From Eledone cirrhosa (lineage: Eukaryota): DNA of 64,000 bases. Below, piece by piece: positions 24,407 through 37,547 of this stretch. How positions within the stretch are numbered: the stretch's first letter is position 1; the number at the start of each line of letters is the position of its first letter. The position numbers and the translations under genes were made by a program. Under the pieces are notes generated by a model, which did not search any database, was not told the DNA's origin, and worked only from the letters and a program-made list of their open reading frames with translations. The stretch covers positions 411,866,001 to 411,930,000 of the forward strand of contig OZ024741.1 in NCBI GenBank assembly GCA_964016885.1, in the 5' to 3' direction.

Positions 24407-27149
24407 TTTATCTAGTCCTTCGCTCAAGATTAATCTATAAGTTTAGATGTCTGCCTTCGTTTAAATAAATATTACAGTAAGATTTTTAATATAAACAACT
24501 ACAAAAAACAATTAATATTAAAACGAAAAAATTATCAATGATAAAAGAAGCGGATGCAACTTTTTTTTTTATAAAGTTATATTCCTGTTTCTTTAAAGAA
24601 CATTTCATTTTTGTTCTATTGTAGGCGAAATAATGCAATGGTTTAATAGGGAAGATATAACTTACCAATAATGTCTCTAACCGTGTAACGCTTTTTAAGT
24701 AGATAACTACAATTGAAAATACTAAAAAAATGGAACCAACAATTCAATTTGAAAGTCGTCTACTTATAGTGACAGTGTATTACTGGTACTTTATTTTATC
24801 GACCCCGTAACGATGAAATGCAAATGCTTAAAATTTAAATTGCCTTAATTCTATCGTCTGCTGTTTCATTAAAGAGAGATTATCGTCTGTATTTAATTCT
24901 ATCGTCTACTGTTCCACTAAACAGATATACCTCCACTATCGTCTCTATTTATACATTTTAACTTATAACTTATACACATTTGATTTGAAATATTTTATCT
25001 AGTCCCCCCTCTCAATATTATGATGATTTCTTTCGAATGAAACAGTTCTAATCCTGTAGAAGCCATTTATATATATAATTGAACTGAGTTAAAAATTCAC
25101 AATATTTATAATTAAATAAGCTCATATATATATGTGTGTATTTATCTGTTTATTGTATTATATATAATGTGTGTATATACAGGATGTCCCCCAAAAATAT
25201 ATACACACTTCAACAGCATTCTAATAACTATTGCCTATACAGGTAAAGTGTCAATCGAATGTTAGTTTCGTGTTTTAACAGTACAAATTTACAATACACA
25301 CATAAAACCAGTGTATATACATACATGAGTGTGTATACACATACATGAATGTGTATATACAATATATATGTATATATATATAGACACATATATTCACGGT
25401 GCAACGGAACATTAAAATATAGATGCGGGAGGGGGGGTGTATATATAGGGGCGCTGGGGATAAAGGAGTGTAAAGCGTGTGTAATTGATATATTGAAGGA
25501 GAGGAGCGTGCAGCGATAGAGTAACAAATATATAGAGAGGGGGAGAGATGGTATTGAAGGGGAGGAGTGCAAAGCGAAAGAGTAAGAGATATATATATAG
25601 AGACGGAACAGATAGAGAGAAACAGGCGTAAGTAACAGTGGAAGAGATATATAGAGAGGGGGAAATGTGTTATTGAAGGGGAGGAGTGTAAAGCGTAAGA
25701 TATATATAGAGAGAGGGGGAATAGTATATATATATATATCAACACTTACTCTGATTGGTTGAAAATTAGCCAATGACATACGATCACCACCACCACGGCT
25801 ATCCCGGGAAAATTTATGAAGATGTTAGGCATATATGTTAGAACACGAAAAGTGAACATTCTGTTGTTTCACACTTTTCGTGTTCTAACAGATATAGATG
25901 TAAAGTGGAGTGACATATATTATACTATACTATCTTTGTACAGCAATTCAAATTCAAAATCAAAATTAAAATACATTCGGCAGATAACACAGATAATGCA
26001 AGAGGATAGTTTGATAGTCAGATCTAGTAGGTAGTGTATGCGTTAGTTACACATGAAGCATGCAAGTGTGTCTCATTTATATACGATTACTGTGTGGCAA
26101 GGTGTTACATGTAATGCAAGCACTTTAAGCGGGTAAGCAAGAGTATTATGGTGGTTGTAGTGGTAGGGTATTTTTTTGTATAGATCAAAAAGGTATGTGT
26201 GCAGAAAAATAAAAAGAAGAAGAAAAAGAAAAAGAAAGTTATAGTTTTCGTATCCACCACCATTTTCACATTCCGAAAAAGTAAGCTATAGTTTTTACAT
26301 CCATCACATAAGTTACGATGATTCCGTATTGAATGTTTGATGCATTAAATTATTGTAGCGTATTGAGGCTCAGTGTTATTTAATCCACATTTATAGAATA
26401 GGTTCTTTCTGCTGCGAGAATCTACAGTGGTTTATTACCCGGAAGTAGGTGTGTAATTAAGGGGAGTTAATGCGTAAGGGGAGGTAACTAGCTGATTCTC
26501 AACAATTCATTGTTCTAACATACATTATATGGTGCCTCAATTGAGTCCCTTATATAAAAGGTTATATATTTATATCTAATTTTCAATTTTAAATACAGTC
26601 TACTCTATCATAATGTATTAAAGGTATCTATAGGAAGTTAATTACTCCTTATTATATAGTGCTATAATTGAATTTTCCATGCAAAGTGCCATATCTTTAT
26701 ATCAAAGTTCACTGTAAATACAGTCTACTCCCAAAACATATCAGAGGACCTATTAGAATTTTGTCTACATAACCCCTGGCAAGTTATGGAGCAGCGTATG
26801 GCTGTTTGCATGACAAAACCAAATACATCTCTAGGGCAGACAAATACATCCCTCATTTACAATGTCATTAATCTATCCATCAAGTTATACTTGCATATAT
26901 AATTCATATATAATTCATTGCAGCACTATACATATAAGTTAGACAGATCCCTTATGTTTATAAATTAATCTTATATGTATCCAATGTTATTACTCCATAC
27001 ATTTAATTACAATTGCATATATAATTCACTGCCGTATCTAGTATTTAAAGTTTATATAGACTGTATTATATCACTATATAATTATAAGTAATTGAAAGTA
27101 ATTATATTAAAAGTTGGTGTTTATGGGGATATTTCTAGGGTATAAAGTT

Positions 27150-28445
27150 ATAGATAGATGGAATGATTTGTGTCGAGGGAGGGTGGATCAGAGAGTGTGG
27201 TGTTGTGGTGTAAGGCGTGCCCTTGAGGTGTAGTGTTAGAAGCGGTGATGGGTTCAAGTCTGACATTGTTATATATTGGGCTTAAAGTTTTGGAAGGAGT
27301 GCCGGAAGCGGTGCTGGCACGACGCAAACTGTACGATGCCGCCTTACCTATCACTTCCCATTGAAGTGTATAAGATCTATTTCTAGTTTTCAGATAGTGT
27401 ATGCAGCTAGATAGTGAAATGGAGTTGGCTAGACTGTTTTTTGAAAGAATGGAGATGTGAATTGTATCTGGTTTTGAAGCAGTTCGAAGTAGAGCCTATA
27501 TAGGTTTCAGACGAGTTGCTAGTTCTGACGGTGCATGAGTAGATGATGTCCTTGATTAAGCAGTTTTTATCTAAAGGGCAGGTTCTATTAGATCTACAGT
27601 TACAATTATTTTGGATGTTAACCTGCCGGTTATTATGTTGTGTAGAAGTCTGGTTGTTAGGTATTGCATTATGGCTATGGGGGTTGTCGCTCCCAGTGTT
27701 ATTGCTTTCATTAGTGTTATTACTATTATTACTATTGATATCAGGGTTTGCAGATACTACGTTGTTTTGAAAGTTTACCCCTGCTGTGTTTTAGTTTGTT
27801 GAAAGTAAGTATTAATCTTTTTTTTATTGCTACTAGCTATGTGGTATGCTATGTTAGGCGTGGTAGAATAGGAGATTTTAATAGTGTTTTTATTTATAAG
27901 ACTATGGTACTTGTGGCCAGATGGGAAGTTTTTATCCAAGAGTGAGAAGAAAGCCTTAGGTAGGTTGGTAGAGACGTTTAGATTGAAAGGGGGGTTGAAA
28001 AATGTATTAGTTCTTCTTCTATTGTTGTTTTTTATGTCTGTTGAGGTGTTTCCGTTTATGGTATTTTGGTAACTTCTGTGGTGTGGGTTACGTTTGTTGG
28101 CATCCTTCGTACTAGTGTGTGTGTGGTTATTACTCTTATTAGTATTTTTCCTCATGGACATATTGTGAGAAATAATGTTGTAACTATGTGTTTTTATAGT
28201 TAGGAACTCGATCTCATTATTATGGCCTGATCTAGCTAATGCCTGATTATAGAATTGTGAGTTTTTGCTAAATATGGTTTCGTCATAAGATAGATTAGAG
28301 ATTCTATTGGATATTCCTTTAGAGATAGAGTTTAATATTGATTTAGGGTGGTTAGACTTGGTATCTACGTAAATTAGTTTTTCGTTAGGTTTATGGAATG
28401 GTGTATATATCTTAGAGTCTAGGTAAAGGGTGGCATCTAGGAAGT
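27150..28445 (-). mobile_element. Penelope-like element fragment (RT thumb, linker, GIY-YIG), degraded
   Basis: FFNPPFN..NFPSGHKYHSLIN..KISYSTTPN; CNCRSNRTCPLDKNCL..IIYSCTV..TYIGST read on the minus strand. Confidence 0.85.
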
Positions 28446-28524
28446 TAACGTTTTAGGTTTGGATGAAACAATTGTAAGTGAATAAATGCTTTGAACATAG
28501 CTTTGATTCTTGTGAATTCTCTCC

Positions 28525-28618
<94 letters not shown>

Positions 28619-29964
28619 TATTAAAAAAATAATGAATAAACAAAGAAACAGTTCCTTATATTAAACAAAAAAAGTTCATTATTTTACGATCGTTTGTAGG
28701 ACATATATGTGTTAGAATTGGTATGCATATTCAAAAGATCTATGTACAAAATTATACAAACTATCAGAGGGAATATACATACCTTCACATATATATGCTG
28801 TCTTCAGAAATAATGATGCTTGTTTATTTATAATAACAACAATTCAATACAATAGGTCTGTTTGGGAACAGATTTTGAATAGACCAATGAAATAGAGAAT
28901 GAGATACATAAAAATTTATCAAGAAAATACAGTTAGGTGTGTATATATGTATGTAAATACGCTCACAGATGTGCATAAATGTGTATGCTCATATGTATAC
29001 GTATAGTGAAAAAGTGTATGTAAATATAAAATTTAGGGCTAATGTATCTGTATGTCTGTAATCAAAGGACGGAATAGATACTTCATAAGTATATGAATAT
29101 TGAGGCGCTCACATAAACACGCCCACACACACTTACATTTAGATGCGGAAGTAAAAGAGGTAAGGGACTATAGTAATTAAAGGAAAGTGTCAATCTCGAC
29201 ATACTTATAAAATGTATCAATAAATTAGAAATAAAAATTTTTTTATAGAAAAACATTTTATAGAAAAACATCAGGATGCATCCTATAAAAACAATAAACA
29301 ACATAGAAACCGTAATAGACGAGTTACTTGGTATAATGCTCCATTTAATTTACAAATTAAGGATAATATACCTAAAAAATTCTTTAATATCCTAGAGAAA
29401 AACTTCCCGCCAAACCACAAATACCATCAAATCTTAAATAGATCAACAGTTAAATTCTCATACTCAACAACCAAAAACATAAAACAAAATATAAGTGCCT
29501 ATAATGCATATAAATGTAAAAAAACCCATAAATATACCACCAGTACATCAAACTAGCCATAATATCTCCTCAAATACAGAATTAACGAAAGGTTGTAACT
29601 GTAGAAACAAGGCAAACTGCCTATTAAAAGGAAATTGTCTTGTTAACAACATAGTATATAAATGTAAAGTTAAAATTAAGGACTCTATTTGCTCATATAT
29701 AGGAGCTACTTCTAACAATTTTAAGGTAAGATTTAATACCCACAAACATAGTTTTTAAAATACCGCACTGGCTAATACAACATCTCTAGCAGAAAAAATT
29801 AATAGTTATAGAAAGAAGAATATAGAATATGATATGACCTGGAGTGTGCTCAAAAGAGCCACTCCTTATCAAAATAATAGAAATGAATGTAGATTGTGTT
29901 CCCAAGAACTATTTGAAATAATGAAATCTAAGGATATCCTATTAAATAAACGACAGGAATTAAT

Positions 29965-30950
29965 AATATCGTGTAATCATAAACTGAGAAAAACATTTAA
30001 ATATTATAAACCTAATTAATAATATATATTTTAGAAATTAATATATAAATTAATTTTAATGTAGTTAACCTATAATTTTAATTTAATTAAAATTCTACTA
30101 CAGATGAAATAAAAAATATCGTATAATCATAAACTGAGAAAAACATTTAAATATTATTAACCTAATTAATATATACTTTAGAAATTAATATATAGATTAA
30201 TTTTAGTTTATTTAACCTATTATTAAAATTCTATTACAGATGAAATACAACAAAATATCGTGTAATTAAAAACGGTGAAAAACTTTTTAATATTATAAAC
30301 CTAATTAATATACAATTTAGAAATTAATATATAAATTAATTTTAATTTAGTTAACCTATATTTTTAATTTAGTTAACTTATAATTAAAATTCTAATACAG
30401 ATGATATGCAAAATATCGTGTAATCATAAACTGAGAAAAACTTTTAAATATATACCTAATTAATATACACTTTAGAAATTAATATATAGATTAATTTTAA
30501 TCTAGTTAACCTATAATTAAAATTCTACTATAGATAAAATACAAAATTCTGCTTTAAATATTATAAACCTAATTAACATATACTATAGAAATTAATATAT
30601 AATTTTTAATTTAGTTAACCTATAATTAATAATCTACTACCGATGAACTACTTAATTTGGCTTTCCCTCTTACAAAATTCATTTCCTAAAATTGATACCA
30701 TCAAGTAAATATATGTAATTATTTTTAATTTAGTTAAGCTATAATTAATACTCTACTACTGTTTAACTTCAAAATTCCGCTTTAAATATTATAAACCTAA
30801 TTAGTATACACCTTAGAAATTAATATATTAACTATTTTTATTTTAGTTAACCTATAATTAGTATTCTACTTATATTAAAATACATAATTTGGCTTTCCTT
30901 CTTGCAAATACCATTTCCTAAAACTGATACCACTAAGTAAACACATATAA
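29965..30950. repeat. Diverged AT-rich tandem repeat, ~140-150-bp unit
   Basis: aatatcgtgtaatcataaactgagaaaaac...ttaacctataatt recurs at ~29965, 30115, 30253, 30411 and partially after. Confidence 0.8.
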
Positions 30951-31282
30951 TGCTTTAACTGCAGGTTAGTATTCTATGTTCCTTGAAACCTATATATTTA
31001 CTATTTCCCACTAATAAATTTAATCCCCCCCCCAATAATTATATGTATATGTAAGCGTGGAGGTGTGTATGTGTATGTAAGTGTGTATGTATGTATGTGT
31101 GTATGTATGTGAGTATAAAAATACATATGTATGCATATATATATATATGTATATGTATGTGTAGAGATGTGTGTATGTATGTGTATATGTGTCTGACAGT
31201 GTATATATGTGTGTGTATGTCTATATATATGTATGTCTGAGTGTGTGTGTGTGTGTGGTTGTATATATACATGGGTATGTGC

Positions 31283-31323
<41 letters not shown>

Positions 31324-32035
31324 TGTATATGTATATATATGTATGGGTATATGTTTTACTTATTTTTATGCGTGTGCATACAAACAGGTCAATATGCGTG
31401 AGTGTAAGTATGTGTATGTGTGTGTGTATGTATGTACGTATCGAACGTATGGATGTGTAAATGTGCGTGTGTATATAAGCATGTATATTTTATGCCTCTC
31501 TTTTATGTTTTTTGTTTCTTTTGTGAGACATGCGTGTCTGTGTATGTATGTACCCCCCCCCCTTTTTGTCTTTTTTTGTCTTCTTTTCTTGAGTTTTTTC
31601 CTTCTATAAACAAATTTTTATTTCTAATTTATTGATACATTTTATAAGTATGTCGAGATTGACACTTTCCTTTAATTACTATAGTCCCTTACCTCTTTTA
31701 CTTCCGCATCTAAATGTAAGTGTGTGTGGGCGTGTTTATGTGAGCGCCTCAATATTCATATACTTATGAAATATCTATTCCGTCTGTTGATTACAGACAT
31801 ACAGATACATTAGCCCTAAATTTTATATTTACATACACTTTTTCACTATACGTATACATATGAGCATACACATTTATGCACATCTGTGAGCGTATTTACA
31901 TACATATATACACACCTAACTGTATTTTCTTGATAAATTTTTATGTATCTCATTCTCTATTTCATTGGTCTATTCAAAATCTGTTCCCAAACAGACCTAT
32001 TGTATTGAATTGTTGTTATTATAAATAAACAAGCA

Positions 32036-32176
32036 TCATTATTTCTGAAGACAGCATATATATGTGAAGGTATGTATATTCCCTCTGATAGTTTGTATAA
32101 TATTGTACATAGATCTTTTGAATATGCATACCAATTCTAACACATATATGTCCTAGAAACGATCGTAAAATAATGA
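32036..32176 (+). ncRNA. Type I hammerhead with ~74-nt loop II insert
   Basis: Stem I TCATTATTT/AAATAATGA, CTGAAGA, 15-bp stem II with 2 mismatches, GAAAC-GATC-GTA; inverted copy 28676-28816 has GAAA>CAAA. Confidence 0.65.
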
Positions 32177-32371
32177 ACTTTTTTTTGTTTAATATAAGGA
32201 ACTGTTTCTTTGTTTATTCATTATTTTTTTAATAATTTATCTTGACTCTGTTTTCCGTTTATCTTTCACCGAAAGTGATTTTTGAATGCATCTCTTCTTT
32301 TCATGATATCCGGATTACATTGAGTTCTTCATACGGATTGGACACTACCGTAAACTTTTGGTAGATTTATC

Positions 32372-32461
<90 letters not shown>

Positions 32462-33355
32462 AATGTATAATAAACAATACAATATAATTACCTCATTACC
32501 AGAGGTTTTTCGAATGAGACGAATACAAGAAACGTCCTAATTCGTTCGTCAGACAAGGCAATTTAAAACTGAAATATTTGAAAAATCTCCTCAAGAAAGG
32601 CAAAAGTTTAACGGGCAAAAAAAATATATAAATAAAAGTAATGCAAGGAATGTATAAAAATAAAATAAGGAAATATAGTAAGGGTATGTGTATAAATGTG
32701 TGTATATGCACCTACAAATGTACATATGTGTGTATGTACAAATGCATGTGTATAGTGAAAAAATGTGTGCGTAAGTACATACATGAGGGCAAACATATCA
32801 GTGTATGTGTGACCACAAATACGTATATAATATATGTTGAAAAAGAAATTGTAAGATAATAGAGTTAACGTACATACAGACTCAGGGACTAAGGATTGAA
32901 ATATATACACATACAAGTATGAAAGCACGCGTATAAATACACACACACGCGCAACCACATACACGCAAGTGATATATACAGGGAAGGGAGTGTATCAGTC
33001 GAAGCAGTGTCAGGCTGAAGGTCGATGCATATATAAAAAATATAAAATATGAAAATGAAAAAATGAAAAAATATATGAGAATAAAAAAATTAAATCAAAG
33101 AGAAAGTAAGAGTGAGGGGTTATCAATTATAAAGTAACACTAGAAAAAATAGAAAACATACATAGGTTCGTACACACACATATATATATAAAAATTAGAA
33201 TTGGAGCTCTGAAATAGCAATATATATATGGATGTATATATAATGTATTTTGCAATACACTTTATGCTTAATTAAAAGCATTTTGAAGACCGTGAGCTAT
33301 TGTTTTAAAGTAGTGACAAATTCACTCACTTTGATCTCAGCAAACAGGGGAGATA

Positions 33356-33399
33356 AGCCGACATTTCATGTTTCGCTTTTGTTGAAGCTTATCAAGGCC
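33356..33399 (-). ncRNA. Type I hammerhead, UUGAUAA core (inverted copy)
   Basis: GGCC-TTGATAA-GCTT/AAGC-GAAAC-ATGAAAT-GTC-GGCT. Confidence 0.8.
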
Positions 33400-33742
33400 A
33401 ACTACCCCACCTGTCTACTGAGATCAATGATGTTATATTCTTATAGAAATCTAGTAAATAATCAGGAGCTGATTATGCAGAGCGGTTGTTGGTCAGGCAG
33501 AAATTAAAATTTGCTGAGATCAAAGTGAGTGAATTTGTCACTACTTTAAAACAATAGCTTACGGTCTTCAAAATGCTTTTAATTAAGCATAAAGTGTATT
33601 GCAAAATACATTATATATACATCCATATATATATTGCTATTTCAGAGCTCCAATTCTAATTTTTAATTTCTGCCTGACCAACAACCGCTCTGCATAATCA
33701 GCTCCTGATTATTTACTAGATTTCTATAAGAATATAACATCA

Positions 33743-33840
33743 TTGATCTCAGTAGACAGGTGGGGTAGTTGGCCTTGATAAGCTTCAACAAAAAGCGAAA
33801 CATGTCATGTCGGCTTATCTCCCCTGTTTGCTGAGATCAA
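33743..33840 (+). ncRNA. Extended type I hammerhead ribozyme, UUGAUAA (U3-A8) core
   Basis: GGCC-TTGATAA-GCTT/AAGC-GAAAC-ATGTCAT-GTC-GGCT (33771-33815); distal stem I TTGATCTCAGTAGACAGG/CCTGTTTGCTGAGATCAA. Confidence 0.85.
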
Positions 33841-34077
33841 AGTGAGTGAATTTGTCACTACTTTAAAACAATAGCTTACGGTCTTCAAAATGCTTTTAAT
33901 TAAGCATAAAGTGTATTGCAAAATACATTATATATACATATATAAAAATATATATATATAAATACGTACAGATAAAAGCACATACATGTGTACATATATA
34001 CAAAAGCGCGCATATATACACACGAAGCACATATATATATACATACATGTACATCTAATCACACGCACGCACGCGAC

Positions 34078-34127
<50 letters not shown>

Positions 34128-34259
34128 CATATACACACACACACATATATATAAGTATGTAAAAAACATAGATATAAAAACAGACATACACACACATATA
34201 CATATACACGCGCACATACGAATGCATTCGTATACATATACAAACACGTATACACACAC

Positions 34260-36327
34260 ATGATCAGTGAGAGTGAGGTGGAGTTCTGCGACGTCGACAT
34301 AGACGAACTGGGTCTCCTACTTAGACTTACCTATAACACCGACTACCTAGACAGCCATGACCTTAGCCGTTTCTGCCCCAGTAGCCCCATAAGAGGTAGA
34401 CCCCCCACCATAACCTCAATGGCAAAAAAGACTCCCATGGGAAGGTGGATTGGGTGGACCAAAGCCATACGTACCCCCCAAAAAAATGATCAGGTAAGAA
34501 AAATGGTCGCACATACAATAGGGGCTAGTATTAAAACTACCCTAAAGGGCCACATATTCAAATTCAACGAAAAGATCTACACCCAGAATGAGGGAGCAGC
34601 CATTGGTGTCAGCATAGCTGGTGACGTTGCCAACCTTTTTATGGTATGGTGGGAAAGGAGACTCAAAGATCTCCTTGATGAAAGCTCCATAGACCTCATC
34701 ATGTACTCTCGTTACGTAGACGACATTAATATAGTAATAAGGACATCCCCACAAGAGAGCACTAACAAGTTTGATTTAGAACGTAGCACGATGGAAAGCA
34801 TCCAGCAGATAGCTAATTCCATACACCAGAGTATAACTGTAACTATCGACTACCCTTCCAAACACCCTAACAATAGACTACCTGTATTAGACACGGAACT
34901 CTGGATTAACACTATAGACAAGAGAGCCCAAATTCTCCACTCACACTACGCTAAACCCATGGCCTCCAAATACCTGATACTCAAAAACTCAGCAATGTCC
35001 AGTAGTTCTAAGTTTAATATTCTGATCGCAGACTTGGTACGAGTGACAAAGAGCGTGTCCAGCATGTGCGACCAAACAGAAATAGAAAGACACATCCAAG
35101 ACTTCATCAACCGCATGCAGTTCTCTGGCTACAACCAAAGAGACAGAATCAGAGTATACGAAGGAGCCACGGAGAAGTATAGGACCCTCATAGAACTGGA
35201 CATGAAAGGAATTTTCCTGTTATACAGGAGCAAATCATGGAATAGCTTAGATAGGACTAAACATAAGATAGGGAAAGCCACCTCATGGTACGACAACCAG
35301 AGATACCAGAGTGTCATGTTCGTGGACGCTACCCCTGGAGGGAAATTAGCTAACCAGTGTAGAAAGGCCCTGAGAAAGACCCACTTAAAGATTAAGGTGG
35401 TAGAAAAGCCAGGAACCACCATAAAATACCTGATCAGCAAAACATACCCTTTTAAGAAAACCCACTGTACTAATAGGAAATGTATTATATATAAAGTAAA
35501 CCCCCGGATAAACTGTAAAACTAGAAACGTAGTCTATAGCATAAGATGTACAGAGGGTACTTGCAGAAACATGAGAACAACATAAATAGGCGAGACAGCT
35601 CGTAGCATAGGTGAAAGGATAGACAAACACTGGTGGGAACTAAAAGGACGAAAAACCGGTTCAGTACTATACGAACACGCCAGACAACATGACGGTAACA
35701 TAGACAACATAGAAATTAAAATAATATCTAAACATAGAAGTGACCCAGCAGATAGGCAAATTAGAGAGGCCAGTGAAATAGAACTTAGAAGGCCAAAGCT
35801 AAACAGAAAAAATGAATGGAATAACAACAACACCCAAACAAACAATACTGACCTGAGAGAAGTATAAATAAATAAATATATACATACACAAGCACAATAA
35901 CAACAAACATATATAAACACACACTAGTAAACTAAGATAGAATACAATAACCAAAACACAGCCACCCAAACGCGAACACACATCAAACACTATACACACA
36001 CGCAAACGCATGCGCAGAGAAGAAGACAAAAATAAATAAACAGATTAAATAAAGATGGCGTAGACATACAATACAACAGGAGGAACATAATAGTACCACT
36101 GATGATGTTGCAGATGTGCAACGAAAGAACTTTGTTAGACTATATATATGTGTTTGTGTCTATATTATATCTGTATTTTTTACCGTTGGTCAGTCAATGG
36201 TAAACATTGAGGACCAAATAAATTAACTGATATAAAAGATACAGAAGCGAAAACCAACCAAACAGTGAGTGTGTTCTGTTATTAATTCTGGCAATATTAT
36301 TACAACAATATGACCCTCCCCAAGTAT

Positions 36328-36330
<3 letters not shown>
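34260..36330 (+). mobile_element. Penelope-like element, 5'-truncated, RT plus GIY-YIG with one nonsense codon
   Basis: ORF 34260..35585: QNEGAAIGVS, YSRYVDD, LPVLD; NVVYSIRC then TAA in place of Y of YIG, frame continues IGETARS..LYEH..RQIREA..LN; HHR in 3' region. Confidence 0.92.
36094..36137 (+). ncRNA. Minimal hammerhead in Penelope 3' pLTR
   Basis: CTGATGA-T-GTTGCA/TGCAAC-GAAAG-AA-CTT; stem I TACCA/TGTTA with one mismatch. Confidence 0.65.
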
Positions 36331-36372
<42 letters not shown>

Positions 36373-36401
36373 AAAGAATAGAGGTGTAACACACAAGTTA
36401 T

Positions 36402-36795
36402 TATATATTGGTAAACGGAATAGAAAATGCTGACAAATTGTTCACAGTTGAAAAATGGTTTAATTAGGAATAAAAGAGTATTAGTGATTGTATGGGTTAG
36501 TATTCAGTTGTGGTTTTAAGTTTTTAAGTTTTTACCGGTTGCGCATTTCTAAATGCTTTTCAAAAATAATTTTGAGATAGAGTGTCCGTGCTGTTTGCTC
36601 TGATCAGAGCAAACAGCACGGACACTCTATCTCAAAATTATTTTTGAAAAGCATTTAGAAATGCGCAACCGGTAAAAACTTAAAAACTTAAAACCACAAC
36701 TGAATACTAACCCATACAATCACTAATACTCTTTTATTCCTAATTAAACCATTTTTCAACTGTGAACAATTTGTCAGCATTTTCTATTCCGTTTA

Positions 36796-36805
<10 letters not shown>
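36402..36805. repeat. Perfect spacer-less palindrome, ~200-bp arms
   Basis: Centre ..GCTCTGA|TCAGAGC.. at 36603/36604; flanked by (TA)n. Confidence 0.95.
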
Positions 36806-36848
<43 letters not shown>

Positions 36849-37304
36849 AAATGGGGAGAAGAATACTGCTGGTTGCACATGGATAACGTAATAAAATAAG
36901 TCCTTCATCAGTGATTTGCCGACGATCATAGATATTTCATTGCATTAAAAACCACATACCTCACGTCGGTGCAATAATAACTAAATTAAGTTATTAGGAC
37001 AATTAAAACGCGTAAAGCGAGTGAAACAAGATAACAACAAAGAGGATAGCTAACCGTAGAAGGAAGGGAACAAGCTTCATAGTTATTCTGTTAGCATAAG
37101 CTAGGTGAATATATGAGCGCTTAGAAAAAAGACCTTTCAGGAGCGAATTCAAATGTGAGAAAGAGAGAAAATGATTTCGTCGTGAACGGGGTGAAGTGAG
37201 AAGAGGAGAAACAGTGAGTGAGTGAGTGGAAGTGTGAGGAAGAGTTAACTGACATGACAGAGGGGGTGAAAGAAAGTAGGAGAAACAGAGTGAGCGAGGG
37301 AGCA

Positions 37305-37358
<54 letters not shown>

Positions 37359-37455
37359 ACAGAACCGCAGTTTAGGTAAATATATGTGAAAAAATGGGGA
37401 GAAGAATACTGCTGGTTGCACATGGATAACATGTAATAAAATAAGTCCCTCATCA

Positions 37456-37544
<89 letters not shown>

Positions 37545-37547
<3 letters not shown>

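Larger units (their letters stand above)
28613..32375 (+). mobile_element. Truncated Penelope-like element: GIY-YIG fragment between ~640-bp inverted pLTR-like repeats
   Basis: ORFs 29495..29758 (CNCRNKANCLL..IVYKC..SYIGAT) and 29834..30019; inverted arms 28613-29250 / 31602-32240; 3' arm has an extra ~135-bp tail. Confidence 0.85.
33190..33938. mobile_element. ~320-nt HHR-bearing non-coding unit (retrozyme/pLTR-like): one inverted copy plus a partial head-to-tail tandem
   Basis: 33190-33509 is the unit on the minus strand; 33510-33663 is its 3' half on plus; 33661-33938 is a nearly full unit on plus. Confidence 0.8.
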
